Of a DNA stretch of 49,815 bases, positions 19,550-28,821 are shown in pieces. Position 1 is the stretch's first letter. Each line of letters starts with the position of its first letter. The DNA comes from Verrucomicrobiota bacterium (GTDB lineage: Bacteria > Verrucomicrobiota > Verrucomicrobiia > Limisphaerales > SXQI01), in contig JANRLX010000080.1 in the NCBI GenBank assembly GCA_033762115.1, positions 1-49,815 on the forward strand, in the 5' to 3' direction. Below the pieces are notes generated by a model. That model did no database searches. It was not told where the DNA came from and saw only the letters and a program-made list of their open reading frames with translations. Position numbers and translations under genes: made by a program.

Positions 19550-20227
19550 CTATTTTTTTCTCAGGGCGGAAACCTGTGTCACATAACCAGTTAGGAACTC
19601 TCCCAGTTCCCCCATCGTCTCCAGATGCTGTATTTTTCCGCTTTTTTCAAGAAAACCGAACCCTGCTCCATACGCTGCCCCATTTACCACGCACGCATCG
19701 CTGTTCGATTCCTCAATCTGCGCCCGACCTTTACTGATGGCGTCAGCGCGGTTACCGTTCAGTTCATACTTCCACCCCACCAGACAGGCGTTGGGAAACC
19801 ATTCCTTAATATGAGGAAGGATTTTGGCTGCAGGTTCCAGGTGAATCGTGAGTTCTCCAGCCCGGCTGCTCAACTTCGGCTGGTTTAACGGAGTGCCCGT
19901 ACCATCCACAACCTGCCGCACCCGATAATCGCAAAGCGCCGCCGCATGAAAACAAAAGGCGACCTCCTCCCCCACCACTTCTGAGCGCATCTTTTCCGAA
20001 AGGCTCTCATTCGTGCTGAACCATATCTGCCGGATCGCTTCTGAAAGTTTATCCGGGCAGGTCGCCCCTTCCCCCTTGAAACAGGTCACCATCCATCCCT
20101 GCCGGGCGAAGCGATTGCTGATATATACCCCAAGTCGTCCCGTGGAAAAATTTGTGATCCGGCGCACCTGGTCAATCGGTTCATGCGCAGGGCCGCAAGT
20201 GATCACGATCTGTGAATTACCGGGCAT
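19550..20227 (-). CDS. coaB: Stand-alone phosphopantothenate-cysteine ligase (CoaB / DFP C-terminal domain)
   Basis: ITCGPAHEPIDQVRRITNFSTGRLG, HAAALCDY, LVGWKYE. No CoaC flavoprotein domain. Confidence 0.75.
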   Translation of the reverse strand: MPGNSQIVITCGPAHEPIDQVRRITNFSTGRLGVYISNRFARQGWMVTCFKGEGATCPDKLSEAIRQIWFSTNESLSEKMRSEVVGEEVAFCFHAAALCDYRVRQVVDGTGTPLNQPKLSSRAGELTIHLEPAAKILPHIKEWFPNACLVGWKYELNGNRADAISKGRAQIEESNSDACVVNGAAYGAGFGFLEKSGKIQHLETMGELGEFLTGYVTQVSALRKK

Positions 20228-20750
20228 AAAACTCCTCCAGGAATGAGCTGAATTCCAGCTTTTGTATCTGCTTGAGTAACTCCTCCGCGTTGCGGTCCCC
20301 TGACTCCGCCACTTGCTCTACAAGGTCAACAAACGCGCTCCCGTTCCATCCTCCATGAGAAATGACCGCTGAACCAGCCCTGCCCAACCGGGTCAGGAGT
20401 GGTTGGGCCTGCCGCGCAAGCGCTGTGAAACTGGGATGCCGTTCGCACCGACGGAACCAATAATTCGCATTCCCGAAATCCGGTTCCCGCCTGTGAAGAA
20501 TCGCATGCAACAGACTCCCATCCGGGGTATGGACATCCTGCACGATCCTGTGCGCTGCATCCGAATGATCATGCCACAGGAGAATCGCCGCCAGGACAAG
20601 CGGCTGTTTCGGGCCGGAGAGAACCGCCCCCACTTCCTGCCGCAGCGCGCTTTCTGATTGGATTCCAGGGCGGCCTTTGCTGATCAGATCAGCCAGGCCA
20701 GGCGTTTCCAATAAATTCAGAAGCGTTGGTAAACCGGAGCTTTCCTGCAT
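20217..20750 (-). CDS. Conserved hypothetical protein
   Basis: Conserved-looking motif LWHD..AHRIVQD..GSLLHAILHRREPDFGNANYWFRR. Overlaps the coaB start. Function unknown. Confidence 0.7.
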   Translation of the reverse strand: MQESSGLPTLLNLLETPGLADLISKGRPGIQSESALRQEVGAVLSGPKQPLVLAAILLWHDHSDAAHRIVQDVHTPDGSLLHAILHRREPDFGNANYWFRRCERHPSFTALARQAQPLLTRLGRAGSAVISHGGWNGSAFVDLVEQVAESGDRNAEELLKQIQKLEFSSFLEEFYAR

Positions 20751-20909
20751 AAAGGCTGCTTGCACCCGCGCCTTTCGTGCAGGGTCACTGGACGAAAGCG
20801 CACGGTCACCGCTCAGGATAAAGGAAAATTTAAATCAAGCCACTGCTTATTGTTCCTGGTTTCGCTGGCTTGACGCAGTTTGGGGGGACTGCGAGGTTGA
20901 GCCGCGGTT

Positions 20910-23900
20910 TTGGGTAAGCGATTTTTCGAAATTTTTTCGGCAACTCCCGCAGCGCAGAGATTGCGAAAGCGAGTGGAGGAGGAGTTGCTTGTCCCTGTGT
21001 CAGGAATTTCCGAAGCAGCCCAGTCGTTTCTCGCGGCGCAGCTCGCCCACTTTTTCCCTGAACGTCCCCTCGTTGTCGTCACAAGTGGTCTCAAGGCTCA
21101 GGAGGCCATGCATCAGGACATCGAAACATGGCAACATCTTTCCGATAAAAAAGAGCGCCCAACACTCTTTTACCCGGGCTGGGAAATTTTGCCCCATGAA
21201 TCACGCCTCCCTCACGCCGATGTCATCAGCGAGCGCCTGGAAACGCTGGTCGCCCTTTCGAGAAAGGATGCGAACATCCCCCCGGTGATCGTCACGACCT
21301 GCACCGCACTAATGCAACGAACCTTCCCCAAGGGATACGTCGAGGAACACACCCGCATTCTCCTGCGCGGTTCCCGCATGGAACCGCTTGATCTGGTCGA
21401 GTGGCTTGAAACAGAAGGTTACGAATCAGAAGCGCAGGTGACCCAGAAAGGTGAACTCGCGATGCGCGGCGGGATCGTGGACATCTACCCCCTTACCAGT
21501 CCCTGGCCGGTGCGGCTCGAATTTTTTGGTGATGAACTGGAATCAATCCGGGAGTTCGATCCCATGACCCAGATTTCGCGGGAGGAAATCGTGGAAGTGG
21601 CTCTCCCTCCTGCGGGTGAGCTCGGCATCCTCAAGCGACTCAAGGAAGGAAATACCCTCGGATCTTTTTTCGATTATCTCCCTCCCGAAACTGTTCTGCT
21701 CTTCTGCGAGCCCGAACTTCTCGATACCCAGTCCTCAGGCTACGAGCTGCAATTCGGGGGAAGCGCCGATTTTTTTCTCACCTGGAGCAAGGTTCTTGAA
21801 GCCGCAACTCGGATCAGGCGTGTCGAGCTTCGGGAAAAAGAGGTGGAAAGCGATTGGGAGCAATCTGAATCCATACTTTACGAATTGCCTGATCTCGAAC
21901 CGTGGCGTCCTTTGAATGCACGCGCCCCCGAGCCACACATCATCGAGGCGCAGCGGCGGGAATTTTTTAACCAGCTGAATCGTTGGAAGGATGAAAATTT
22001 CCGGGTCCATGTCATCTGCAACAACAATGGGGAACGGGAGCGCTTTTGTGAGGTGTGGCGGGAATTGGGTTTTGGTTCAGCGGAAAGCGCGTTCGATCTT
22101 CACCTGGGCACTATTGGCAGGGGGTTTATCTCCCTGGACGCAAAAAGCGTCGTCGTGACCGATTCGGAAATTTTCGGCAGGTACAAAATTCAGCGCCCGC
22201 GACGGTTGAAATCCCCCCACGCCGCTGCGACACGTTCCGCGCTGGACATCGATTTCAGTGACCTGAACGCAGGAGATTATGTCGTCCACCTTCAGCATGG
22301 CATTGCGCGATATCATGGCCTGGAGGCGTTGCCAATGGCGCAGAAAACGGACCCCTCCCCTGCTGAAAACACACAAGAATGCCTCGTGCTGGAATTCGCC
22401 GCAAGCGACCCCGGCCAGCCCCCTCCACGATTGTATGTGCCGGTGACGGAAGCCCACCTCGTGAGCAAATATGTGGGCACCGGCAAGGCGCGGCCAACCC
22501 TCAACACCCTCGGCGGAGCCCGCTGGGCAAAAACAAAAGAACAGGCTGAACGCGCGGTCAGGGATCTCGCCGCCGAATTGCTGCAGGTGCAGGCCGTCCG
22601 CGCCGCCCAAAGCGGTCATCCCTTCCCCCCGGACACCTCCTGGCAACGGGAATTCGAAAGCGCCTTCATGTACGAGGAAACCCGCGACCAGCTCCGCGCC
22701 ATTGAAGCCACAAAAAAGGACATGGAAACGCCAAAACCGATGGATCGCCTTATCTGCGGCGATGTCGGCTACGGAAAAACCGAAGTGGCCATTCGCGCCG
22801 CATTCAAAAGCGTCATGAGCGGCAAACAGGTCGCCATCCTTGTCCCGACCACTGTCCTGGCCCAGCAGCATTACAATACTTTTCGCGAACGAATGGCGGA
22901 TTACCCCGTAAAAGTCGAGCAGCTCTCCCGCTTTCGCACCCGCCCCCAGCAAAAAAAAATCATCCAGCAACTCGCCGAAGGGAGTGTTGATATCATCGTC
23001 GGCACTCATCGCCTCATCCAGGAGGATATTGTCTTTAAGGACTTGGGATTGGTCGTGATCGATGAGGAACAGCGGTTCGGTGTCCTCCACAAGGAAAAAT
23101 TAAAACTTCTGCGCACGATGGTTGACGTGCTCACGCTCAGCGCCACCCCGATTCCCCGCACCCTCTACCTGGCCCTCACAGGTGCTCGCGACATGAGCAC
23201 CATTGAAACCCCGCCACAGGACCGCTTGCCTGTGGAAACCATCGTCACCCAGTACGATGAACGATTGATCCGCGAGGCCATCCAGCGGGAACTCAACCGC
23301 GGCGGGCAGGTTTATTTTCTCCACAACAGGGTGCTCGATATCGAATCTGTCGCGTTACGAATCCGTTCATTGGTCCCGACGGCACGCGTAATTGTCGGGC
23401 ATGGCCAGATGGAAAGTGACGACCTCGAGGATGTCATGGCCGCCTTTATCAATGGTGAAGCGGATGTCCTGGTCTCCACGACAATCATTGAAAGCGGGAT
23501 CGATATTCCCAACGCCAATACGATCATCATCGACCGTGCGGACCGTTTCGGGTTGAGCGATCTCTATCAATTGCGCGGTCGCGTCGGACGCTACAAACAC
23601 CAGGCTTATGCCTACCTCCTGCTTCCCCGCCATGCCGCCTTGTTAAGCGATGTCCGGAAGCGGATCAGCGCCATCAAACAATACTCAAGCCTGGGGAGCG
23701 GATTCAAAATCGCCATGCGCGACCTTGAAATTCGCGGCGCGGGGAACCTGCTCGGGTCACAGCAAAGCGGCCATATCACAGCGGTCGGTTTCGACCTTTA
23801 CTGCCAGCTCCTCAAGCAAAGCGTGGCTTCCCTCAAAGGGGAGAAAGTCAAACGGCGTGTCGAAGTGCAGGTGGCCATCGATTTTCTGACCCTCCAGCCC

Positions 23901-24395
23901 GGTGGCGCACCGGAAACGGACACTATCTTTGATGACATCCCCGCCAGTCGGGCGAACGCGCCTTCAATCCCGCGGGAAGTGCCCACCTATGTTTCAGAAA
24001 CCCGCAGTGCTCCTGCGGAGCCAGTAGCCAAACCGCTTCCCCCAGTCCCCGCCTACATTCCTCTGGAATACATTTCCGAGCCGCAGCACCGAATCGAGTT
24101 TTACCGCAAACTTGCCCAAAGCAGCACAAAAGAGGAGGTTGCCGCAATCGGTAAAGAGTTCCGGGACCGTTTTGGCAAGCTCCCACCCTCCGTCGAGATT
24201 CTTCTGCAGCTGACCGAAATCAAAATCCTTGCCGGAGAGCGCGGCGTGACGAAAATCGAAACAAAAGCTGACAAACTGATGATGATCAGAAACAGCGATT
24301 ACGTCATGGTCGGCAGCAAATTCCCACGCCTGACAAAGAAAGATGCCAGGGGACGATTAAATGAAATCAGGAAATTGCTCCTCGCGATTGTTTAA
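20910..24395 (+). CDS. mfd: Transcription-repair coupling factor
   Basis: RGGIVDIYP, DYVVHLQHGI, DRLICGDVGYGKTEVA, IDEEQRFG, SATPIPRTL, LYQLRGRVGR, RDLEIRGAG, TRCF domain. Confidence 0.97.
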   Translation: MGKRFFEIFSATPAAQRLRKRVEEELLVPVSGISEAAQSFLAAQLAHFFPERPLVVVTSGLKAQEAMHQDIETWQHLSDKKERPTLFYPGWEILPHESRLPHADVISERLETLVALSRKDANIPPVIVTTCTALMQRTFPKGYVEEHTRILLRGSRMEPLDLVEWLETEGYESEAQVTQKGELAMRGGIVDIYPLTSPWPVRLEFFGDELESIREFDPMTQISREEIVEVALPPAGELGILKRLKEGNTLGSFFDYLPPETVLLFCEPELLDTQSSGYELQFGGSADFFLTWSKVLEAATRIRRVELREKEVESDWEQSESILYELPDLEPWRPLNARAPEPHIIEAQRREFFNQLNRWKDENFRVHVICNNNGERERFCEVWRELGFGSAESAFDLHLGTIGRGFISLDAKSVVVTDSEIFGRYKIQRPRRLKSPHAAATRSALDIDFSDLNAGDYVVHLQHGIARYHGLEALPMAQKTDPSPAENTQECLVLEFAASDPGQPPPRLYVPVTEAHLVSKYVGTGKARPTLNTLGGARWAKTKEQAERAVRDLAAELLQVQAVRAAQSGHPFPPDTSWQREFESAFMYEETRDQLRAIEATKKDMETPKPMDRLICGDVGYGKTEVAIRAAFKSVMSGKQVAILVPTTVLAQQHYNTFRERMADYPVKVEQLSRFRTRPQQKKIIQQLAEGSVDIIVGTHRLIQEDIVFKDLGLVVIDEEQRFGVLHKEKLKLLRTMVDVLTLSATPIPRTLYLALTGARDMSTIETPPQDRLPVETIVTQYDERLIREAIQRELNRGGQVYFLHNRVLDIESVALRIRSLVPTARVIVGHGQMESDDLEDVMAAFINGEADVLVSTTIIESGIDIPNANTIIIDRADRFGLSDLYQLRGRVGRYKHQAYAYLLLPRHAALLSDVRKRISAIKQYSSLGSGFKIAMRDLEIRGAGNLLGSQQSGHITAVGFDLYCQLLKQSVASLKGEKVKRRVEVQVAIDFLTLQPGGAPETDTIFDDIPASRANAPSIPREVPTYVSETRSAPAEPVAKPLPPVPAYIPLEYISEPQHRIEFYRKLAQSSTKEEVAAIGKEFRDRFGKLPPSVEILLQLTEIKILAGERGVTKIETKADKLMMIRNSDYVMVGSKFPRLTKKDARGRLNEIRKLLLAIV

Positions 24396-24412
24396 ACAAC
24401 CCTGCTGCTGCC

Positions 24413-24440
24413 GAAACTTTTTTCCCCCTTTGACGTCTAA
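24413..24440 (+). promoter_or_regulatory. ECF-sigma promoter upstream of the Spy-like/ECF operon
   Basis: GAAAC-N16-CGTCTAA matches the common ECF AAC..CGT promoter pattern. Confidence 0.65.
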
Positions 24441-24500
24441 GGACTGAAGCAGTGGTATCTTATTTTGGATATTTTTGCTACTGTTCAACAAAACTGACAC

Positions 24501-25040
24501 ATGAAATCGATGAAATTTGTCCCACTCCTGGCAGCCTGCTCCCTCATCCTTCAGGCTGCTGATGCCCCTCTCGTCCCTTCCAAACCGGGAGGAGAGCGTC
24601 CTGGCGAACCCGGCCAGAGGCCTCTCCGCCTCGAAGGCCGTTCCCCTGAGCGCCTCAGGTCAGGCATGGAGGAAATGACCGCTGAACAGCGCAAAAAATC
24701 GCGCGAAATCATGGAAGCCGCGCAACCCAAAAATCGCGAATTCCAGGAAAAACTCCGCACTGCCCGGGCGGAACTCGATCAGTTGACCCGCTCAACCAAC
24801 AAAATTGATGAAGCCGCCATCCGCGCCAAAGGCGAAGCCCTCGGGAAAATCGAAGGCGAATACGCCATCCATCGCGCCTCTGTCTTTACCCAATTAAAGG
24901 ATGTATTGCCTCCGGAACTTGCAGCCCGCATGAGCAGCCCCGGAATGGGCCGTCCACGTGGGGATGATTCCCGCCCCGGTCGTCCTGGCCCGGCCCCGCT
25001 TGCCCCTCCAGCCCCGACTGCACCGGCGGAACAGAACTGA
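24501..25040 (+). CDS. Spy/CpxP/ZraP-like periplasmic helical protein
   Basis: Signal peptide, MTAEQRKK, IDEAAIRA and LKDVLPPE segments (LTXXQ-like), Pro/Gly/Arg-rich termini. Confidence 0.65.
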   Translation: MKSMKFVPLLAACSLILQAADAPLVPSKPGGERPGEPGQRPLRLEGRSPERLRSGMEEMTAEQRKKSREIMEAAQPKNREFQEKLRTARAELDQLTRSTNKIDEAAIRAKGEALGKIEGEYAIHRASVFTQLKDVLPPELAARMSSPGMGRPRGDDSRPGRPGPAPLAPPAPTAPAEQN

Positions 25041-25735
25041 TGATGCCTGCCGCTGCCAACATTTTTTCCAGCGGCGCATTCTACTCTTTGCGCGATTCAA
25101 CAAATTCCACCCAATCGGTAGAAGCCGCCCTTCAGCCGGAGGCTGAGGCGCGATCCACCCCCGCAGATGACCTGCTTATCATCGCCGCGGTCAAGGCGGG
25201 GGAATTTGCCCGCTTCGAGGAATTGATTGCCAAATATCAGCCGCGTGTCTTTGCCACCGCCCGCCGTTATGCCCGCCGTGAAATCGAAGTCGAGGACATC
25301 GTCCAGGAAGTTTTCATCAAGGCTTACCAGCGCCTCGACAGCTTCCGGGGCGAAGCCCCCTTCGAACATTGGCTCATGCGCCTGGCCGTTCGCACCTGTT
25401 ACGACTTTCTCAGGAAACATCAACGGAACCGTGAAGACCACTTTTCCGAAATCACCTCCGAGGAATTCGATCTCCTCGAACGGTTCCAGGTCGAACCCGG
25501 CGCTGCCAGCAGTGATGCCGCCAATGCCGCCCGCGAAATCGTCAACAAAGTCTTGCAGCAGCTTTCCCCCCCGGCCCGGCTCATCCTGACCCTCCTGGAA
25601 ATCGAGGACCGCTCAATCAAGGAAATTGCGGAAATCACCGGATGGTCCCAGCCGCTCGTCAAGGTCCGCGCCTTTCGCGCCCGCGGGGAAATGCGCAAAT
25701 GCCTCGAACGGATGGGAGTAAAGAAGTGGCTGTAA
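25040..25735 (+). CDS. ECF sigma-70 factor
   Basis: FEELIAKYQPRVF, EDIVQEVFIKAY..FRGEAPFEHWL, SIKEIAEITGWSQPLVKVRAFRAR. True start may be downstream. Confidence 0.9.
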   Translation: MMPAAANIFSSGAFYSLRDSTNSTQSVEAALQPEAEARSTPADDLLIIAAVKAGEFARFEELIAKYQPRVFATARRYARREIEVEDIVQEVFIKAYQRLDSFRGEAPFEHWLMRLAVRTCYDFLRKHQRNREDHFSEITSEEFDLLERFQVEPGAASSDAANAAREIVNKVLQQLSPPARLILTLLEIEDRSIKEIAEITGWSQPLVKVRAFRARGEMRKCLERMGVKKWL

Positions 25736-25760
25736 CTCATTTGCATCATTAAACGTCTGT
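25732..25760 (+). promoter_or_regulatory. Second ECF-type promoter in front of the putative anti-sigma gene
   Basis: GTAAC-N17-CGTCTGT overlapping the sigma stop codon. Confidence 0.45.
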
Positions 25761-25799
25761 TCTTATGCTCGCCTGCGAGCCGGAAAAATTTGAAATCGT

Positions 25800-26096
25800 A
25801 TGAAGTCAACTGAAGCAGGGAAAACAATCTTCCGGGTGGCAAAATCGCTGCCAGCGGATACCCGTGTTCCATACGCATTTGAAAAGCGGATCATGGCCGC
25901 GTTGAAGGAAGCCCCTTCTGACCTCTGGGCTCTCTGGGGCCAGCTGCTCTGGCGCGCCGCCGTTCCCTGCATCGCCATTACCATCATCTCCAGCGCCTGG
26001 CTTGCCACCCACCACTCCAGCCAGACCGCGACCTCGGACGATTACAACCTCGAATCCACCGTCCTGGCTTTTGAACCGGATTTTGAAACCTGGTGA
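25800..26096 (+). CDS. Putative single-pass anti-sigma factor
   Basis: 98 aa directly after the ECF gene, VPYAFEKRIMA motif followed by one TM helix. Confidence 0.65.
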   Translation: MKSTEAGKTIFRVAKSLPADTRVPYAFEKRIMAALKEAPSDLWALWGQLLWRAAVPCIAITIISSAWLATHHSSQTATSDDYNLESTVLAFEPDFETW

Positions 26097-26545
26097 AAAT
26101 CTGGAAAGTCATCATCGCCGTTGCAGTGATTTTCTCCGCCGGATTCATCACCGGCAACATCGCCTCACGCACTCCTGCCACCCCTCCAGAGCGCAGGGAT
26201 GAACCACCTCGCAATCGAGAGCAGGGGTTCCTCTCCAAAATGGACAAGGAACTTGACCTCACCGACGAACAGGAGAAAAAGCTCAACGTCATTCTAAAAG
26301 CCAGCCGCCAGCGAATGGATGAAATCTGGTCCGATGTCCAGCCCCGGATCGATACCGAATTCAAGGAAACTCGCCTTCTCATCCTCGCCGAACTGACCCC
26401 GGAACAGCAGAAACAATTTGAAGAAAAATTCAAACCCCGCCCCTTCGGCCCCAGGCGCGGCCCTCGTGAAAAAACCTCCCACGACAAAGACCATCCAGAA
26501 ACCACCTCCCAAAAGCCAGGCCACCCTGCTCCCCCCTCCAATTAA
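26093..26545 (+). CDS. Membrane-anchored Spy/CpxP-like periplasmic protein
   Basis: GTGA overlap with the upstream gene, N-terminal TM helix, ELDLTDEQ and ELTPEQQ (LTXXQ) motifs. Confidence 0.75.
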   Translation: MKIWKVIIAVAVIFSAGFITGNIASRTPATPPERRDEPPRNREQGFLSKMDKELDLTDEQEKKLNVILKASRQRMDEIWSDVQPRIDTEFKETRLLILAELTPEQQKQFEEKFKPRPFGPRRGPREKTSHDKDHPETTSQKPGHPAPPSN

Positions 26546-26560
26546 CTTTCCTCTCTATCC

Positions 26561-27304
26561 TTAAATTTTTGCCGGAGTGAAAAAATTGTGAATCTCCTTG
26601 TGGCGGGCAAGATACCGCCGAAGTCGAAGAATTCCCTTTAGATCCGCAAGCGCCGTTTGAAATATTTTTACCCTGCTGTCAGGGTCATCAACCCATCTGA
26701 TTGGCAGGTCAAAAATTTTTAACCCCATCGCATCCGCCAGGACAAGAAGTTCAGTGTCCCAGAACCAACCTCGATCTTCGACCAATGGAAGGAGCATCGA
26801 GGCAGCACGACGGCTGATCGCCTTGAAACCGCATTGAGCATCTGAAAACGTGATCCGAAAGGCGGATTTCAAAATCAAAAGATAACAACGGGAAATGAAC
26901 TCCCGCTTCAGGGACCGGGTCGTCAGGGCTGGCTTTAAAATCCTGGAACCCACAGCCACATCAAAATTGCCGCTCTGCACTGCTTCGATCAACGAAGGGA
27001 ATGAATTCAAATCAGAGGAAAGATCCACATCCATATAGCTGAAAATGTCCGCCTTGCTTTGTGACCAGGCAGTATGAAGCGCCAGGCCGCGTCCTTTGGA
27101 TTGCAAATGGAGGACAGAAAGCTCCGGGATTTCCATGGAAAGCTCCCGGGCAATCTCAAGCGTTCGATCCGTCGAGCCATTATTCGCTATCACAATTTGA
27201 TAATTGAACCGGCACTGCTTTTTGAAGAATTTGTTCAGGGTCGTAATGCTTGCCCGCAACTGCATCTCCTCATTAAAAACCGGAATGGTAATATTAACTA
27301 TCAT
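26561..27304 (-). CDS. GT2 glycosyltransferase, polyprenyl/dolichyl-phosphate glucose or mannose synthase type
   Basis: IPVFNEE, NNGSTDRT, KGRG, YMDVDLS, GSR, DAQCGFKA, WFWDTELL. ATGA overlap with the GT-C gene. Confidence 0.88.
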   Translation of the reverse strand: MIVNITIPVFNEEMQLRASITTLNKFFKKQCRFNYQIVIANNGSTDRTLEIARELSMEIPELSVLHLQSKGRGLALHTAWSQSKADIFSYMDVDLSSDLNSFPSLIEAVQSGNFDVAVGSRILKPALTTRSLKREFISRCYLLILKSAFRITFSDAQCGFKAISRRAASMLLPLVEDRGWFWDTELLVLADAMGLKIFDLPIRWVDDPDSRVKIFQTALADLKGILRLRRYLARHKEIHNFFTPAKI

Positions 27305-28821
27305 GGCGTGGATAGATTAACGTTTGTTTTTTGGAGAATAGTATAACTGTTGTCCTGGTAGGCGTTGGCAAATCCTTTTGCAATTAATCGTTCCCCCAGG
27401 CTTGGCATGGTTTCGTTTCGCAACAACGCAAGAGAGATGCCGTATTTCGCAAGAATCCTAGGAACCTGGTTGGTGTCGAACTGGCCGGACCAGAGACGTT
27501 TCAAACTGGTGACTGCCAGTTCTGGAGCCAGGCTATATCCGGCGTGGTAAGCCACCATTTCATCCTGGCTGTAAATAAATTGATTTGTATCTCCAGACCG
27601 CGCCAGGAACTGGACCGCTCCATCCTTGCGGATATCAGCCATTTTTTGCAGACCCGTATAATTATCATGAAAACGATACAGCCAGAAAAAAAGGGAATAA
27701 ACCAAAACCAAAGCTCCCAATGCAGTAATGCACAAACCACGCACCGTCGTGTCTCGCGAAGAAGTGAACACTGTTCCACGCAGCATGGCCGCTATCCCAA
27801 GGGCATGGAACAGACAAAGCGGAACCGAGACGCCAACCAGATAAAACGGCCACCATGGCCGATGAAAAAGACAAAAAAGCGCCTGACCAAAAACAAGGGC
27901 ATAGCAGAAGAATTTAAACGGCCGGGTCATGGACCGCCATGTGGTGAATAAACCAATCGAGGCCCCTATAAAAAGGTCAATGGAAGGCAGGATATCCCTT
28001 CGCATGGTTATTGTTAAATCGTTGGCCGCCTCGCTGTTGCTGTCAGTAAAGCCAAAATGGGTGCGAAAAATCTGGTCCAGGGATCCAAACCCAAATAGAA
28101 AAACACACAGAACTCCAAATGTGCCCGAGATTCCAAAAAAGCAGAGAACTTCCTTTAGGGCTGTTCTGCTGTCATTTTTGGTCTCCTGAAGTCTGTTCAG
28201 GGTTAAGGCGACCAGAATTGCCGGCAGGAAAAGAATCGCGGTTAATTTAATGGAAATTGCCAGCACAATGAGAACAGGAGTGATCCATCGGCGCAACACA
28301 TGGTTGCCGGAAAACGCCGTGGCACACGCAGCCAGCGAGAAAGATACCATTGGGATCTCCTGCATGATCGCGTAACTCAGGCCCGTTACAGGAGGAACTG
28401 AAATGAAGGCAGTCGCTGCTGCAAGGCCTGCCAGGATGCCTGCTTCTTTTTGGGTCAAATAACAAATCACCCAAACAGCAATGGAGGCACACAATACTGA
28501 AAAAACCCGCGGTAAGAAAGAGTTCGCTCCCCCAATCTCAATCAGCAATGCTAATATATATGTATAAAATGGAGGTTGATCGCTCCAGATTTGATCATAC
28601 AAAGAATACCCCTTCGTTAACAGGAGGGCTTTCTGGATTTCCATGCCTTCATCCCCTCCAAATGAAATCCCATACTTTAGAGGCTGGAAAAATGCGAGCG
28701 CCCAAAAAAACAACAGGAGCAGGTTGGGAAGCACAAAACTCCTCGAAGGAGTCAGCCATTTTTCAAGGGAGAATGCTGTGGGCATCTCCTCAGGAGTGGC
28801 TACTGATGAATGGCCTTTCAT
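27301..28821 (-). CDS. GT-C superfamily (GT39/GT83, PMT/ArnT-like) membrane glycosyltransferase
   Basis: Many TM helices, first external loop with GGDEG diacidic motif, then GYSLY..WSDQPPFY, R after TM2, ISIK, and a soluble C-terminal domain. Confidence 0.78.
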   Translation of the reverse strand: MKGHSSVATPEEMPTAFSLEKWLTPSRSFVLPNLLLLFFWALAFFQPLKYGISFGGDEGMEIQKALLLTKGYSLYDQIWSDQPPFYTYILALLIEIGGANSFLPRVFSVLCASIAVWVICYLTQKEAGILAGLAAATAFISVPPVTGLSYAIMQEIPMVSFSLAACATAFSGNHVLRRWITPVLIVLAISIKLTAILFLPAILVALTLNRLQETKNDSRTALKEVLCFFGISGTFGVLCVFLFGFGSLDQIFRTHFGFTDSNSEAANDLTITMRRDILPSIDLFIGASIGLFTTWRSMTRPFKFFCYALVFGQALFCLFHRPWWPFYLVGVSVPLCLFHALGIAAMLRGTVFTSSRDTTVRGLCITALGALVLVYSLFFWLYRFHDNYTGLQKMADIRKDGAVQFLARSGDTNQFIYSQDEMVAYHAGYSLAPELAVTSLKRLWSGQFDTNQVPRILAKYGISLALLRNETMPSLGERLIAKGFANAYQDNSYTILQKTNVNLSTP

